A DNA stretch of 64,000 bases from an uncultured bacterium (GTDB lineage Bacteria; Krumholzibacteriota; Krumholzibacteriia; JACNKJ01). A program made the position numbers and the translations under genes. The notes under the pieces were generated by a model. It did no database searches, had not been told where the DNA came from, and saw only the letters and a program-made list of their open reading frames with translations. Below, piece after piece: positions 44,807-60,115 of this stretch (its first letter is position 1; every line of letters starts with the position of its first letter). Location: the NCBI GenBank assembly GCA_963695095.1, contig CAVOFT010000001.1, positions 2,144,001-2,208,000 of the forward strand, given 5' to 3'.

Positions 44807-46684
44807 TCAGTGCAGCAGCACCAGCTTGCGCACGGCGACGAGGCCCGGCGCCTCGGCGCGAATGAAGTAGACGCCGGCGGCCACCGGCGCGCCGCGCTCG
44901 TCCTCGCCGCGCCAGGTGAAGCGGGCCAGGCCCGGCGCGACGGGTCCCTCGTGCAGGCGGCGGACGAGGCGCCCCTGCACGTCGTAGATGCGCAGCAGCA
45001 CGGTGCCCGCCCGCGGCGCGGCGAGCGCGATCACCGTGCCCTCCGCGCGGCGGCTGGGATTCGGCAGCGCCGGCCAGAGCGCGAAGCCGTCCAGGCCGGC
45101 GGCGAACTCCGCGGCGATGGCCATGCGCTCGGTGGCGAGGTAGGCGGCTCCGCCGGCGAGCAGGTGCCAGCGGCGCGTGCCGCCGCCGGTGGGCAGCCTG
45201 CCCGCGAGCAAGGGCGCGCCCAGCAGCTCCTGCTCGCTCAGCGTGCGGGCGTCCACGGCCAGGAGGGACCAGCCCGGCGGCAGTTCGCCGTCGAGCAGGC
45301 AGTCCACGCGGTAGCCCGCGCCAGCCTGGTCCGCGTCAAGCTGCAGGCTCCAGCGCTCGCCGGCTGAGGCGAGCGCGCGGTAGTCCGTGGCCAGGCGGCT
45401 GCCGGCGGGGTCCAGCCAGGCCAGGCTGAGATAGCCCCGGGGCGGCGAGGGCGGCTCGCCGTAGTCGAAAGCGTCGCGCTGGGCCGTGGCCCCGCTGCGC
45501 TGGCCGCAGCGCGCGCGGGCCGTGCCCACGGAACCCGTCGTCGCGCGCAGCTGCAGGCTCCAGCCGGGCTCACCCGGCGGGCGGGCGGGCGCGGGCAAGG
45601 GCGGAGCCGGCGGCATCTCCTGCGGGCTCACCGGGACCTGGAGCACGAGCGGGCCCGTTCCCCGGTTTTCCACCCAGTAGCCTTCACCGGGCGCAAGCGC
45701 CGTCAACCCGCCGCCGGCCGCGTCCACGTAGTCGGCCAGGGCGCTGGGGCGATAGGCATGGAGATTGTGCGGCTGGCCGTCGCTGTAGCGCAGGCCGGCC
45801 ACGGCGACGGGAAAGGCGAAGGGACTGGCAATGGCGTTCCAGCCGGGTGCCAGGCTGAGCTCCAGGTCGGCGCTCAGCTCGGCGCTGCGCCCATCGAGGG
45901 TCACGAAGGCCGCCTGCGCGCTGCTCAGCCAGAAGCCGCGGCCCGGGGCGAGCGCCGCCGCGGCCGGTCCCTCGCGGTAGGCGCCGGTCGCCGTCTCGTA
46001 GGTGAAGAGCTGCCAGCGCGGCGCGCCGTAGTCCCCGAGGGGCTCGCCGAAGATCAACGCGGGATCGCCGCTGGCCGGCGCGAGCGGCAGGCCGAGGAAG
46101 TAGCTGCGCGGGTTATCCCCGAGCGCGAAGGCTTCGTGGTCGGCCACGGGGACGGCGAAGCTCCCGTGCCCCGCGGCGGGCGCCCCCGCGGGCAGGCGCA
46201 GCGCAAAGGGCGGATCGGCGACCTCGATGAAGTACTGGATCCCGCGCGCGCCCAGCAGCTCGGCAGGGAGCTGCGCGCTCCAGGCCTGCCCGCCGCCTGC
46301 CGGCTGCATGGCGAGCTGGGCGTAGCCCAGCTCCCCGCCGCGGCGATGGAAGAGCGTGGCCGCGCTCACGCCCTCGGCCAGCTCGAGGCGCAGCGCGCCG
46401 AGCTGCCCGTCCACGCCCTCGCTGAGCGAGATCACGCGGGGCGCGCCGAACTCGCTGCCGACGAGCAGGCCCGCGCCGCCGCCGGGAGCCGACCAGGCTC
46501 CGCCGCCGGCGGGTTGGCCCAGGCAGAGCAGCAGACGGTACCGGGCACTGGCTGCGTAGCCGCCCGCGGCGGGCAGCGCGACGCGGGCAGCGCCCGCGGC
46601 CAGCGGCCAGGAAGCGACCAGCAGCAGGGCAATCCCTGGCCAGTGGCGCCGGCGCGGGACGGGGACGGTCGCGCAAACTCGCAT
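44807..46684 (-). CDS. Secreted protein with T9SS type A/FlgD-Ig C-terminal domain
   Basis: Signal peptide; APGRGFWL, LAPGWNAIASPF, APGEGYWV; CTD LPNPS...IYDVQGRLVRRL...WRGED...VAAGVYF...RKLVLLH; start uncertain. Confidence 0.8.
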   Translation of the reverse strand: MRVCATVPVPRRRHWPGIALLLVASWPLAAGAARVALPAAGGYAASARYRLLLCLGQPAGGGAWSAPGGGAGLLVGSEFGAPRVISLSEGVDGQLGALRLELAEGVSAATLFHRRGGELGYAQLAMQPAGGGQAWSAQLPAELLGARGIQYFIEVADPPFALRLPAGAPAAGHGSFAVPVADHEAFALGDNPRSYFLGLPLAPASGDPALIFGEPLGDYGAPRWQLFTYETATGAYREGPAAAALAPGRGFWLSSAQAAFVTLDGRSAELSADLELSLAPGWNAIASPFAFPVAVAGLRYSDGQPHNLHAYRPSALADYVDAAGGGLTALAPGEGYWVENRGTGPLVLQVPVSPQEMPPAPPLPAPARPPGEPGWSLQLRATTGSVGTARARCGQRSGATAQRDAFDYGEPPSPPRGYLSLAWLDPAGSRLATDYRALASAGERWSLQLDADQAGAGYRVDCLLDGELPPGWSLLAVDARTLSEQELLGAPLLAGRLPTGGGTRRWHLLAGGAAYLATERMAIAAEFAAGLDGFALWPALPNPSRRAEGTVIALAAPRAGTVLLRIYDVQGRLVRRLHEGPVAPGLARFTWRGEDERGAPVAAGVYFIRAEAPGLVAVRKLVLLH

Positions 46685-46797
46685 CGCGGGCGGGACTCCT
46701 GGGCTCGGGGATCCACCGGTAGCCGCCCAGCAAGCCGCGCGCCGTTCGGAGCGCGGAAGCGCCGGGACAGGCAGCGGGCGGCGCATTGCAGCAATGG

Positions 46798-46829
46798 AAA
46801 GCCCGGCCCCCTGTCGGGGACCGGGCTCG
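46798..46829 (-). terminator. Rho-independent terminator of groESL
   Basis: GCCCGG(T)CCCC...GGGG(G)CCGGGC stem followed by TTTCC just after the groEL stop. Confidence 0.75.
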
Positions 46830-46851
46830 ATCGAGGCGAGTGGACGGAAGC

Positions 46852-48552
<1,701 letters not shown>

Positions 48553-48838
48553 CTAGAGCACCGCGAGGACGTCGCTCTCGCGCAGGATGATGTACTTCTC
48601 GTCGGTCGATGGTCACCTCGGAGCCGGAATACTTCCCGTAGAGCACCGTGTCGCCCTTCTTGACCTCGAGCGGCAGGCGATCGCCGGCGTCCGTGAGGCG
48701 CCCAGGACCGACGGCGATGACTTCGCCCTTCTGCGGCTTCTCTTTGGCGGTGTCGGGGATGATGATGCCGCCCTTCTTGACCTCCTCCTCATCGAAGGCC
48801 TTGACCAGGATGCGGTCAGACAACGGCTTGATGGACAT
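48553..48838 (-). CDS. groS: Co-chaperonin GroES; one-base insertion near 48604
   Basis: [37 protein letters not shown]; removing one base restores [20 protein letters not shown]; span 286 nt = 3n+1. Confidence 0.95.
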
Positions 48839-48922
48839 GCTCCAACCTCCAGAGATCGTGGTCCGCGGCGCGCCCCCCACGGCGGCTGGCCGCGTCGGCT
48901 ATCGCGTGACATTTCAGTGGGT

Positions 48923-48949
48923 TTGGCACTCGCGTGTTGCGATTGCTAA
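48923..48949 (-). promoter_or_regulatory. CIRCE element (HrcA operator)
   Basis: TTAGCAATC-N9-GAGTGCCAA vs consensus TTAGCACTC-N9-GAGTGCTAA, between the promoter and groES. Confidence 0.92.
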
Positions 48950-48961
48950 TTCGTCCCCGCG

Positions 48962-48990
48962 AATATAGCCAGGCCCTCCGGGGGACGCAA
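48962..48990 (-). promoter_or_regulatory. sigma70-type promoter of groESL
   Basis: TTGCGT-17 bp-TATATT immediately upstream of CIRCE. Confidence 0.7.
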
Positions 48991-48993
48991 GGG

Positions 48994-49506
48994 CTATCCG
49001 GCGGCTTTTTCGACCTCGGGCAAGGGCAACAGCGGCGAAGGCTGGAAGGCCCGCCGCCTCAGGGGGTGCGCGTAGGCCCGGCCCGGATCCACCCGGAAGC
49101 GGCCCGCGAGGTCGGCGCGGCCGAGGTGGAGGAAATACTGCCGTCGGCTGGGCACCAGGGCCAGCTCGGCTTCCCAGGCCAGGTCCCCCAGCGCCAGAGC
49201 TGTGCGCACCACCATGCAGCGGCCCAGCCCTTCGCCCAGGCGCGTCCGGCGCCGGTAGAAGGCGTAGACCTGCTTCACCCGCTGCCGGCCCCGACCCATC
49301 GGCACTTCCAGCCGCAAGACCAGGCGCAGGCGTCCTTCGTCGTCACGCATGCGCCCCACGCGCTCGACCCGCTCCACGGCCAGGGTGGACAGGGCCGAAA
49401 CCGGATCGACCAGGGCCTTGAGCGTCAGGCCCCAGGCCGGCAGCGCCACGCGCTCCTTCCAGCCGAGGACGGGGGCCTCCTGGCGCCCCTGCTCGCTTTT
49501 CGCCAT
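48994..49506 (-). CDS. RimK/LysX-associated retropepsin-like (ATP-dependent Zn protease family) protein, degenerate active site
   Basis: VLGWKERVALP...LKALVDPVSALSTL (DTG replaced by DPV), HLGR..LAGRFRVDPG; GGAGG RBS. Confidence 0.7.
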   Translation of the reverse strand: MAKSEQGRQEAPVLGWKERVALPAWGLTLKALVDPVSALSTLAVERVERVGRMRDDEGRLRLVLRLEVPMGRGRQRVKQVYAFYRRRTRLGEGLGRCMVVRTALALGDLAWEAELALVPSRRQYFLHLGRADLAGRFRVDPGRAYAHPLRRRAFQPSPLLPLPEVEKAAG

Positions 49507-49664
49507 CGCCCTCTCCCTCCGGCGCGGCCGCGGCGCCCCTGCCCCTCCAGGCGAGATAGCCCTCAAGCTCCGCGCCCGCTTGCCGATACTGAGTTTGCGC
49601 GGGGGCCCGCGACGCTTCTCCCTGTGGGCCGCCGCTGCATGCTCCACTGTCCCCGTCGCTGCGG

Positions 49665-49777
49665 GGGCAGGCTTCTCCCGGGATCCCGGCTCCTTTCATC
49701 AAGGGGCCGGGATTCTTTAGCCGTCACTATAGCCGATCGGCGAAGGTGAGTGTAGGGGCGGCCCGCCAGGACTGCCC
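49665..49777 (-). ncRNA. Structured ~113 nt RNA, 6S-Flavo-like candidate 6S RNA
   Basis: Closing stems GGGCAG/CTGCCC and TCCTGG/CCGGGA; internal GCCG/CGGC and TCAC/GTGA; hairpin ATCCCGGC/GCCGGGAT; single-stranded CCCCTACAC and GGCTAAAG resemble 6S-Flavo as recalled (not searched); strand inferred from that resemblance. Confidence 0.65.
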
Positions 49778-49854
49778 ATCACCCAGGTGACGAGCGCCCG
49801 GTCCAGCCTTCCTCGGCGGCGGCTGCCAGGGCAAAGGGCCGGGCGGCGATGGCT

Positions 49855-50601
49855 TCAGTCCCGCGGCGCCAAGGCGTAGATGCCCTTGAGCGTCCACCCC
49901 GGATCCCAGCGCAGGGCGCCTTCCACCCAGCGCTCGACCAGGGCCGGCGCCCCGCCACCCGTGAGCAGCACGGCGGCTTCCCGGCCGCTGTCGGCGCGAT
50001 AGCGGCGTGCGAGGCCCTCGAGAGCGGCGAGACCGCCCCAGAGCGCGCCCGCGGCCAGAGCGGCGGCGCTGTCCTCGCCCCAGGGCGTGGGCGGCCAGAG
50101 GGGCGGCGCGGCGAAGAGCTGCTCGCCGCCGCGAGCCAGCGCTTCCAGACAGAGGCCGGGGCCCGGCAGGATGGCCCCGCCCCGATAGCGGCCCTCGGCA
50201 TCGACCCAATCCACGGTGACGGCGGTGCCGGCGTCGATGAGCAGGGCCGGGGCAAGACCCTCCGCCCAGGCCGCCGCCGCGTTGCAGAGGCGATCGGCGC
50301 CCAGCGTGTGGCGCCCCCCGACGAGCACGGGAAAGGGGACCGGGCTTTCGCCCCGGATGCAATGGACGCGCGCGCCCAGCGCGCTCAGGCCGGCGAGCAG
50401 TTCAGGGTCCTGGGAAGGGCGCACGCTGCACAGGGCCGCGCGCCCGCCCGCGGCCGCCAGCAGCGGGGCGAGCTGGGCGGGCCACTGCTCGGCGACCGCC
50501 GCGGCCAGGATCAGGATCTCGCCGCCGCCCTCGCCGTCGCGAAGCTGCGCCTTGAGACGGCTGTTGCCGAGGTCGAGACAGAGACAGCTCCCGCTCGCCA
50601 C
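49855..50601 (-). CDS. coaX: Type III pantothenate kinase
   Basis: LDLGNSRLK, LGADRLCN, IDAGTAVTVD, GGAILPG, LTGG. Confidence 0.95.
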   Translation of the reverse strand: MASGSCLCLDLGNSRLKAQLRDGEGGGEILILAAAVAEQWPAQLAPLLAAAGGRAALCSVRPSQDPELLAGLSALGARVHCIRGESPVPFPVLVGGRHTLGADRLCNAAAAWAEGLAPALLIDAGTAVTVDWVDAEGRYRGGAILPGPGLCLEALARGGEQLFAAPPLWPPTPWGEDSAAALAAGALWGGLAALEGLARRYRADSGREAAVLLTGGGAPALVERWVEGALRWDPGWTLKGIYALAPRD

Positions 50602-51449
50602 TAGCTTTCCTCCTCGCTCCCGCCTGGGGACTCCGCCTCGATCTGCAGCTTGACCCCGGCATGCAGGCTGACCTCGCCCTGCGTAGCGGCGACCCGCAGC
50701 GCTCCGTCCTCGGCGATGCCGAGCAGGTGCAGCCGCTGTCCCGCCTCGTCCCGCGCCCAGCGGCCCGCATGAGCCCAGTGCGCCGTCCACTCCGCGCGCA
50801 GCGCGGCGGCGGCGGCCGAATTCAGGCCGGCCGCCAGGGCGGGCAGCCGCCCTTCGAGGGCGGCCAGGAAGTCGGCGCAGAGCCCGGCCCGGTCGAGTCG
50901 GCGGCCGGCCAGCAGATCCAGGGACGTCGCCTCCGCCTGCAGTTCGGGCGGGAAGCTCTCGCGGCCCTGGTGCACGTTGACGCCCAGTCCCAGCACGAGC
51001 TGGCGATAGCCGCCCGCGCTGAGCCGCGCTTCGCTCAGGATGCCCGCCACCTTGCGCCCGCCGCCGAGCAGGTCGTTGGGCCACTTCAGCGCCAGGCGCA
51101 GACCCTGCGCGGCGGCCGCATCGAGCGCGGCGAGCCCGCCGGCCAGGGCGAGCAGGCCGCCCGCCGCCGGCTCCCAGTCCGGGCGCAGCAGGAGCGCGAG
51201 CAGCAGGCTCTCGCCGGGCCGATCGTGCCAGGGGCGCGCCTCGCGGCCGCGCCCCCGGCGCTGATGATCCGCGACGACGCAGGTGCCGGCGGGCGCGCCC
51301 GCCTCGCCCAGCGCCTGGGCCTGATCCATCGCGCTGTCCAGCTCGACGTGGAACTCCAGGGGCCGGCCCAGACTGCCGCGCAGCCGCGCAGACCAGGCCG
51401 CCTCGCGGGCGGGCAGGCGGCCCGCCGCCTCTGCGGGGCGGAGGCTCAC
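50601..51449 (-). CDS. birA: Biotin--[acetyl-CoA-carboxylase] ligase (no N-terminal HTH)
   Basis: HQRRGRGR, LKWPNDL, RKVAGILSE, GLGVNV. Confidence 0.93.
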   Translation of the reverse strand: MSLRPAEAAGRLPAREAAWSARLRGSLGRPLEFHVELDSAMDQAQALGEAGAPAGTCVVADHQRRGRGREARPWHDRPGESLLLALLLRPDWEPAAGGLLALAGGLAALDAAAAQGLRLALKWPNDLLGGGRKVAGILSEARLSAGGYRQLVLGLGVNVHQGRESFPPELQAEATSLDLLAGRRLDRAGLCADFLAALEGRLPALAAGLNSAAAAALRAEWTAHWAHAGRWARDEAGQRLHLLGIAEDGALRVAATQGEVSLHAGVKLQIEAESPGGSEEES

Positions 51450-52377
51450 GCCTCGATCTCCAGCGCTAGGTCGAGGGCGCCGGCGCCATGGGTGATACTG
51501 CCCAGGCTCGCGACCTCGACCCCCACGTAGCGCGGATCGGCGAGGTCGGCGGCGACGAGACCGCCCGAGATCTCGAAGGCGGGACCGCCGAGCTGCGCGC
51601 GCAGCGCGACCGCGGCGGCCACGGCCGCCGGCGGGAAGTTGTCCAGCAGCACGCGCTCGATGCGCCGGCGCTCCGCATGCTCCAGCAGCAGGCGCAGTTC
51701 GTCAAGGCTGTCCACCTCGACGATGAGCGGCAGCTCCGGCGGCAGGCTCGCCAGGCGGGCGAGCACGGCAGCCAGGCCGCCCAGAGCTTCCTTGTGGTTG
51801 TCCTTGACGAGCAGGGCATCATGAAGGCCCAGGCGATGATTCTGGCCGCCCCCCATGCGCACGGCGTACTTCTCGAGCAGGCGGAAGCCCGGCGTCGTCT
51901 TGCGCGTGTCGAGCACGGCCGGTCCGCAGCTCGCCGCGACGGCCCGGGCCGTGGCTCCGGCCACGCCGCAGAGCCGCTGCAGGAAGTTCAGGGCCGTGCG
52001 CTCGCCGGCGTGCAGGAGCGAGGCGGGCGCGGCCAGCCGCGCCAGGGTCTCCCCCGCCGGGAAGTGCAGTCCCTCGGGCGCCGTCTCGAGCAGCTCGAGC
52101 GCAGCGCAGGCCAGGGGCGCGGCGGCGTCGCGGGGCAGGGGCGCTGCGAGGGCGAGCCGGGCCGCGGCGGCGCGGAAGACGAAGAGGAAGAGCGGCAGGC
52201 CGGCCAGCACCCCCGCCTCGCGGGCGACGAGGCGGGCTCGCGCTCGGCCGTCGCCGGCATCGAAGTAGCGCGCCGTGAGGTCGCCCGCCGCGCCGAGATC
52301 CTCCGCGAGGGCCAGCTCCACCAGCGGCAGGGCCGCTTGCCTGAGCTCGACCGGCCAGGCCAGCCAGGGATCGCGGG

Positions 52378-52381
<4 letters not shown>
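51446..52381 (-). CDS. nadC: Nicotinate-nucleotide pyrophosphorylase (carboxylating)
   Basis: [47 protein letters not shown]. Confidence 0.96.
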
Positions 52382-54390
<2,009 letters not shown>

Positions 54391-54425
54391 GCGGGGCTCC
54401 GGGGGCTGAGGAGGGCCGAGCGGGA

Positions 54426-54455
54426 AGCCTAGCGCCGGGACAGGGGCAGCGTCAA
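54426..54455 (-). promoter_or_regulatory. sigma70-type promoter for uvrB operon
   Basis: TTGACG-18 bp-TAGGCT. Confidence 0.6.
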
Positions 54456-54474
54456 CCGCGGCGCTAGGCCAGCC

Positions 54475-56358
54475 CTACTTGACGCCGTTGACGGCCGACC
54501 AGTCGCGCCAGCGGCCCTCGGAGATCTTCAGCCGGCGCAGCATGGGCGTCTTCTTGTGGTTGTGGTCGCGCATGCGCATCATGATGTTGTCGAGGAAGCG
54601 CACGGCGTCCACCACGAAGGGCCCCTTGTTGAGCATCACGCATTCGGCCCGGGCGCTCATCGCGGCGTCGCTGACCTCGCTGCGCGTCGGCGTGCCCGTC
54701 TTGGTCAGCGTCTCCAGCACCTGCGTCGCCCAGATCACGGGCAGGTGCGCGGCCTCGGCCAGCCAGAGAATCTCCTCCTGCACCTCGGCCATGCGCTCGA
54801 AGCCCAGCTCGACGCCGAGATCCCCGCGCGCCACCATGACGCCGGCCGGCGGGCGGCCGAGCGCGGCCAGCAGGAGCGTGGGCAGGTTCTCGAAGGCCTG
54901 CCGCGTCTCGATCTTGAGGACGACCCCGAGCGTCTCGCCCCCGCGCTGCGCGAGCTCGGCGTGCAGGGCGGCCACGTCCTCGGGCCGCCGCACGAAGGAC
55001 ATGCCCACGAGATCCGCATGGCGCACGGCGAAGTCGAGCGTGGCCAGATCCGCCGCGGTCAGCGGCGTCAGCGAGAGATCCGTGTCGGGCAGGTTGATGC
55101 CGCGATCCGCCTGCAGGCGGGTGCCCGTGGCCGCCGCGCGGCGGACTTCGACGCGCAGGAAGCTGGGCGTCGTCTCGCGGATCACGCCCTCGATGCGGCC
55201 GTCGTCGAAGAGGATGCGCTCGCCCACGCGGGTGTCGGCGAAGATCTCGGGCAAGGTGCAGGGAACGCGCGCGGGCTCGAGCAGCGCGCCCTCGCTGTCG
55301 CGGCGAGCGGGCGCCCCCGGCTCCTCGCCCGCGGTGACGAGCAGCGTGTCGCCGGGCGCGAGGAGCAGGCGCTGCTGGCGGGCGGGCAGGCTGCCGATGT
55401 GGCCCGCCCACAGCTCGACGCCCTGGCGGTAAAGCCGCAGAGGCAGGCCGCTGCTGAAGTAGAGGCCGCGCCGCGTCTCGATCCAGAGGCTGCCGCCTGG
55501 GCCATCCGCCACGCGCAGCCGGCGCGCGCGCCCGGGCAGGTCGCGCAGTCGCAGCTCGTCGCCCGCACGCAGGAGCCCGTAGAGGGCCTCGTCGACGGGC
55601 AGCACGCGCTCGCCCTGAGCCTGGGGCTCGGCGCCCTCGCTGACCAGGCGCAGGCGAGCGGGCTGGCCGATGCGGCCGCAGTCGTCGCGCTCGGGGCGCA
55701 GACGCAGCACCTCGGGCCCCGGCGCCAGTGGCCCCGTGCGCAGCTTCGGCCCGGCGAGATCGAAGAGGACCCGGCAGCTGCGGCCGGTGTCGCCCTCGGC
55801 GCGGCGCACGCGCTCGATCATCGCCTGCCAGGCCTCCGGCCCATCGTGGGCGCTGTTGATGCGGGCGATGTTCATGCCGCTGGCCACGAGGTCGCGCACG
55901 AGGCCGTAGTCCTGCGCCGCTTCGCTGGGCAGGGTGACCATGATGCGCACGATGCGGTTGGGCGCTTCCGGGCCGAAGAGGTCACCGGCGTGGCGGGCAA
56001 GGCGCTCGTCGCCCTCGCGGAAGCGAGCGGGCTGCACGCCCGTGGGCGCTTCGCTCAGGGGCTCGCCGGTCATGCTCTCGAGCGCCGCCAGCACGGATTC
56101 GAGGGCGGCCACCACGTGGGCCTCCATGCGGCCCAGGGAGCTGAGCCCCAGTTCGCCGAGCTGGATCTGCAGGGCGCGGATGTCGTGGCGGCGCACGGCC
56201 AGGTAGTGCAGCAGATTGCGCGCGCTGGCAGCATAGTCCGGCGGCATGGCGGCGAGCAGGCCCGCCTGCTCCTCGGCGAGGGCGAGCGCCGCTCCGCGCA
56301 AGGCAAGCAACTGCGCGTGCAACTGGCGGAGGAGTTCAGCGGAGTAGCGGGCTGGCAT
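54475..56358 (-). CDS. pyk: Pyruvate kinase, long variant (N-terminal extension, enlarged B domain, no C-terminal regulatory domain)
   Basis: ARINSAHD, DLAGPKLRTG, FDDGRI, GINLP, LKIET, MVARGDLGVE, ATQVLE, RSEVSD, VMLNKG. Confidence 0.9.
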   Translation of the reverse strand: MPARYSAELLRQLHAQLLALRGAALALAEEQAGLLAAMPPDYAASARNLLHYLAVRRHDIRALQIQLGELGLSSLGRMEAHVVAALESVLAALESMTGEPLSEAPTGVQPARFREGDERLARHAGDLFGPEAPNRIVRIMVTLPSEAAQDYGLVRDLVASGMNIARINSAHDGPEAWQAMIERVRRAEGDTGRSCRVLFDLAGPKLRTGPLAPGPEVLRLRPERDDCGRIGQPARLRLVSEGAEPQAQGERVLPVDEALYGLLRAGDELRLRDLPGRARRLRVADGPGGSLWIETRRGLYFSSGLPLRLYRQGVELWAGHIGSLPARQQRLLLAPGDTLLVTAGEEPGAPARRDSEGALLEPARVPCTLPEIFADTRVGERILFDDGRIEGVIRETTPSFLRVEVRRAAATGTRLQADRGINLPDTDLSLTPLTAADLATLDFAVRHADLVGMSFVRRPEDVAALHAELAQRGGETLGVVLKIETRQAFENLPTLLLAALGRPPAGVMVARGDLGVELGFERMAEVQEEILWLAEAAHLPVIWATQVLETLTKTGTPTRSEVSDAAMSARAECVMLNKGPFVVDAVRFLDNIMMRMRDHNHKKTPMLRRLKISEGRWRDWSAVNGVK

Positions 56359-56366
56359 GGTCGGCG

Positions 56367-56395
56367 AGTCTAGGGCCGAGGCCGGCGAGCGTCAA
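56367..56395 (-). promoter_or_regulatory. sigma70-type promoter for pyk (near-leaderless)
   Basis: TTGACG-17 bp-TAGACT, ATG 8 nt downstream; -35 overlaps the upstream stop codon. Confidence 0.65.
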
Positions 56396-57265
56396 CCACC
56401 GCCAGCGGAGTCGGCGGCTGGCGGTGCGTCCAGGCGCAGGGCCAGGGGTTCGCCCGCGGGCAGGTCCGGCAGCGGGTAGGCCTCGCCGTTGAGGCGCAGG
56501 GCGAGACCTTCGGCGTTGGCGACGCTGAGGACGACGAAGCGCTCGGCCTCGACGCGCCAGCTCTCCCCGGCGGCGAGAGCTCGCACCAGACGGCGGCGGT
56601 CATCGACATTGAGCTGGAGCTGGATGGGCGCCACCGCGTCCAGCTCCAAGCGCAGGGCGACGGCTCCCGGGGCAGCTTCAGCGGCCGCCGCGAGCGCTCC
56701 CGCAGGGTCAGCCGCCGGCGCCAGCGGCCCGGCGGCCCAGGCGGCCAGGGCTTCCGGATCCGGTGGCCGGGCTGCCTGGGCCAGGCTGTCCTCCTCCGGC
56801 GGCGGCGCCTCCACGGGTCCCAGCGAAGCGTCGACGCTCGGGCGCAGGGGCTCGGGCTCCGGCAAGGCCGGGGGCGACTGGGCGCGGAAGGCCCAGAGGA
56901 CGGCGCCGATGAGGGCGCCGGCCACGACGATGGCGCCCAGGCCCAGCCAGAGGCCGCGGCCGGGGCGCCAGCCCTCCAGGCGCGTCTCCGGCACTTCCTC
57001 GCGCCAGACCCTTTCGGTCGCCGCCGCTGGGGGCGCCGCTTGACCGCCCCGATAGCTGGCCAGGAGCTCGCCACGATCGAGATCGAGGGTGTCGGCGATC
57101 ATGCGCAGGGCATTGGCGACGTAGAGCTCGCCGGGCAGCTCGGCCCGGCGGTCCTCCTCCAGCGCGCGCAGGACGGACAGCGCGAGCCGAGTCTCGCGCC
57201 CGACGGCCTCCAGGCTGAGCCCGCGCGCCTCGCGCGCCTGGCGGATGCGCTCGCCGAGGGTCTGC

Positions 57266-57276
<11 letters not shown>
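56392..57276 (-). CDS. rodZ: RodZ-like HTH/TM/DUF4115 protein
   Basis: [31 protein letters not shown] helix, C-terminal [15 protein letters not shown]. Confidence 0.82.
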
Positions 57277-60013
<2,737 letters not shown>

Positions 60014-60072
60014 CGCCGATGCTCCTCACCCCTGCCCGCCCCGGCGGGTGGCCGGCTGTCGATGAAGCAGGT

Positions 60073-60101
60073 ATCCTAGGTCAAGGCCGGAGACCGGTCA
60101 A
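60073..60101 (-). promoter_or_regulatory. sigma70-type promoter for valS
   Basis: TTGACC-17 bp-TAGGAT. Confidence 0.65.
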
Positions 60102-60115
60102 GGCGAGCGCGCCGA

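Noticed and set aside
43076..46684. Prophage remnant
   Set aside because: The fibre-like protein has a Sec signal peptide, and no integrase, capsid, terminase or att sites were seen.
49665..49777. tRNA-Sec, SRP RNA or simple terminator interpretation
   Set aside because: No TTCGA T-loop or CCA end, no SRP GNRA/GGAA-GCAG domain IV motif, and the multi-stem fold lacks a U-tract.
54391..54474. LexA/SOS box upstream of uvrB
   Set aside because: No recognisable CTGT-N8-ACAG, GAAC-N4-GTTC or other clear palindrome.
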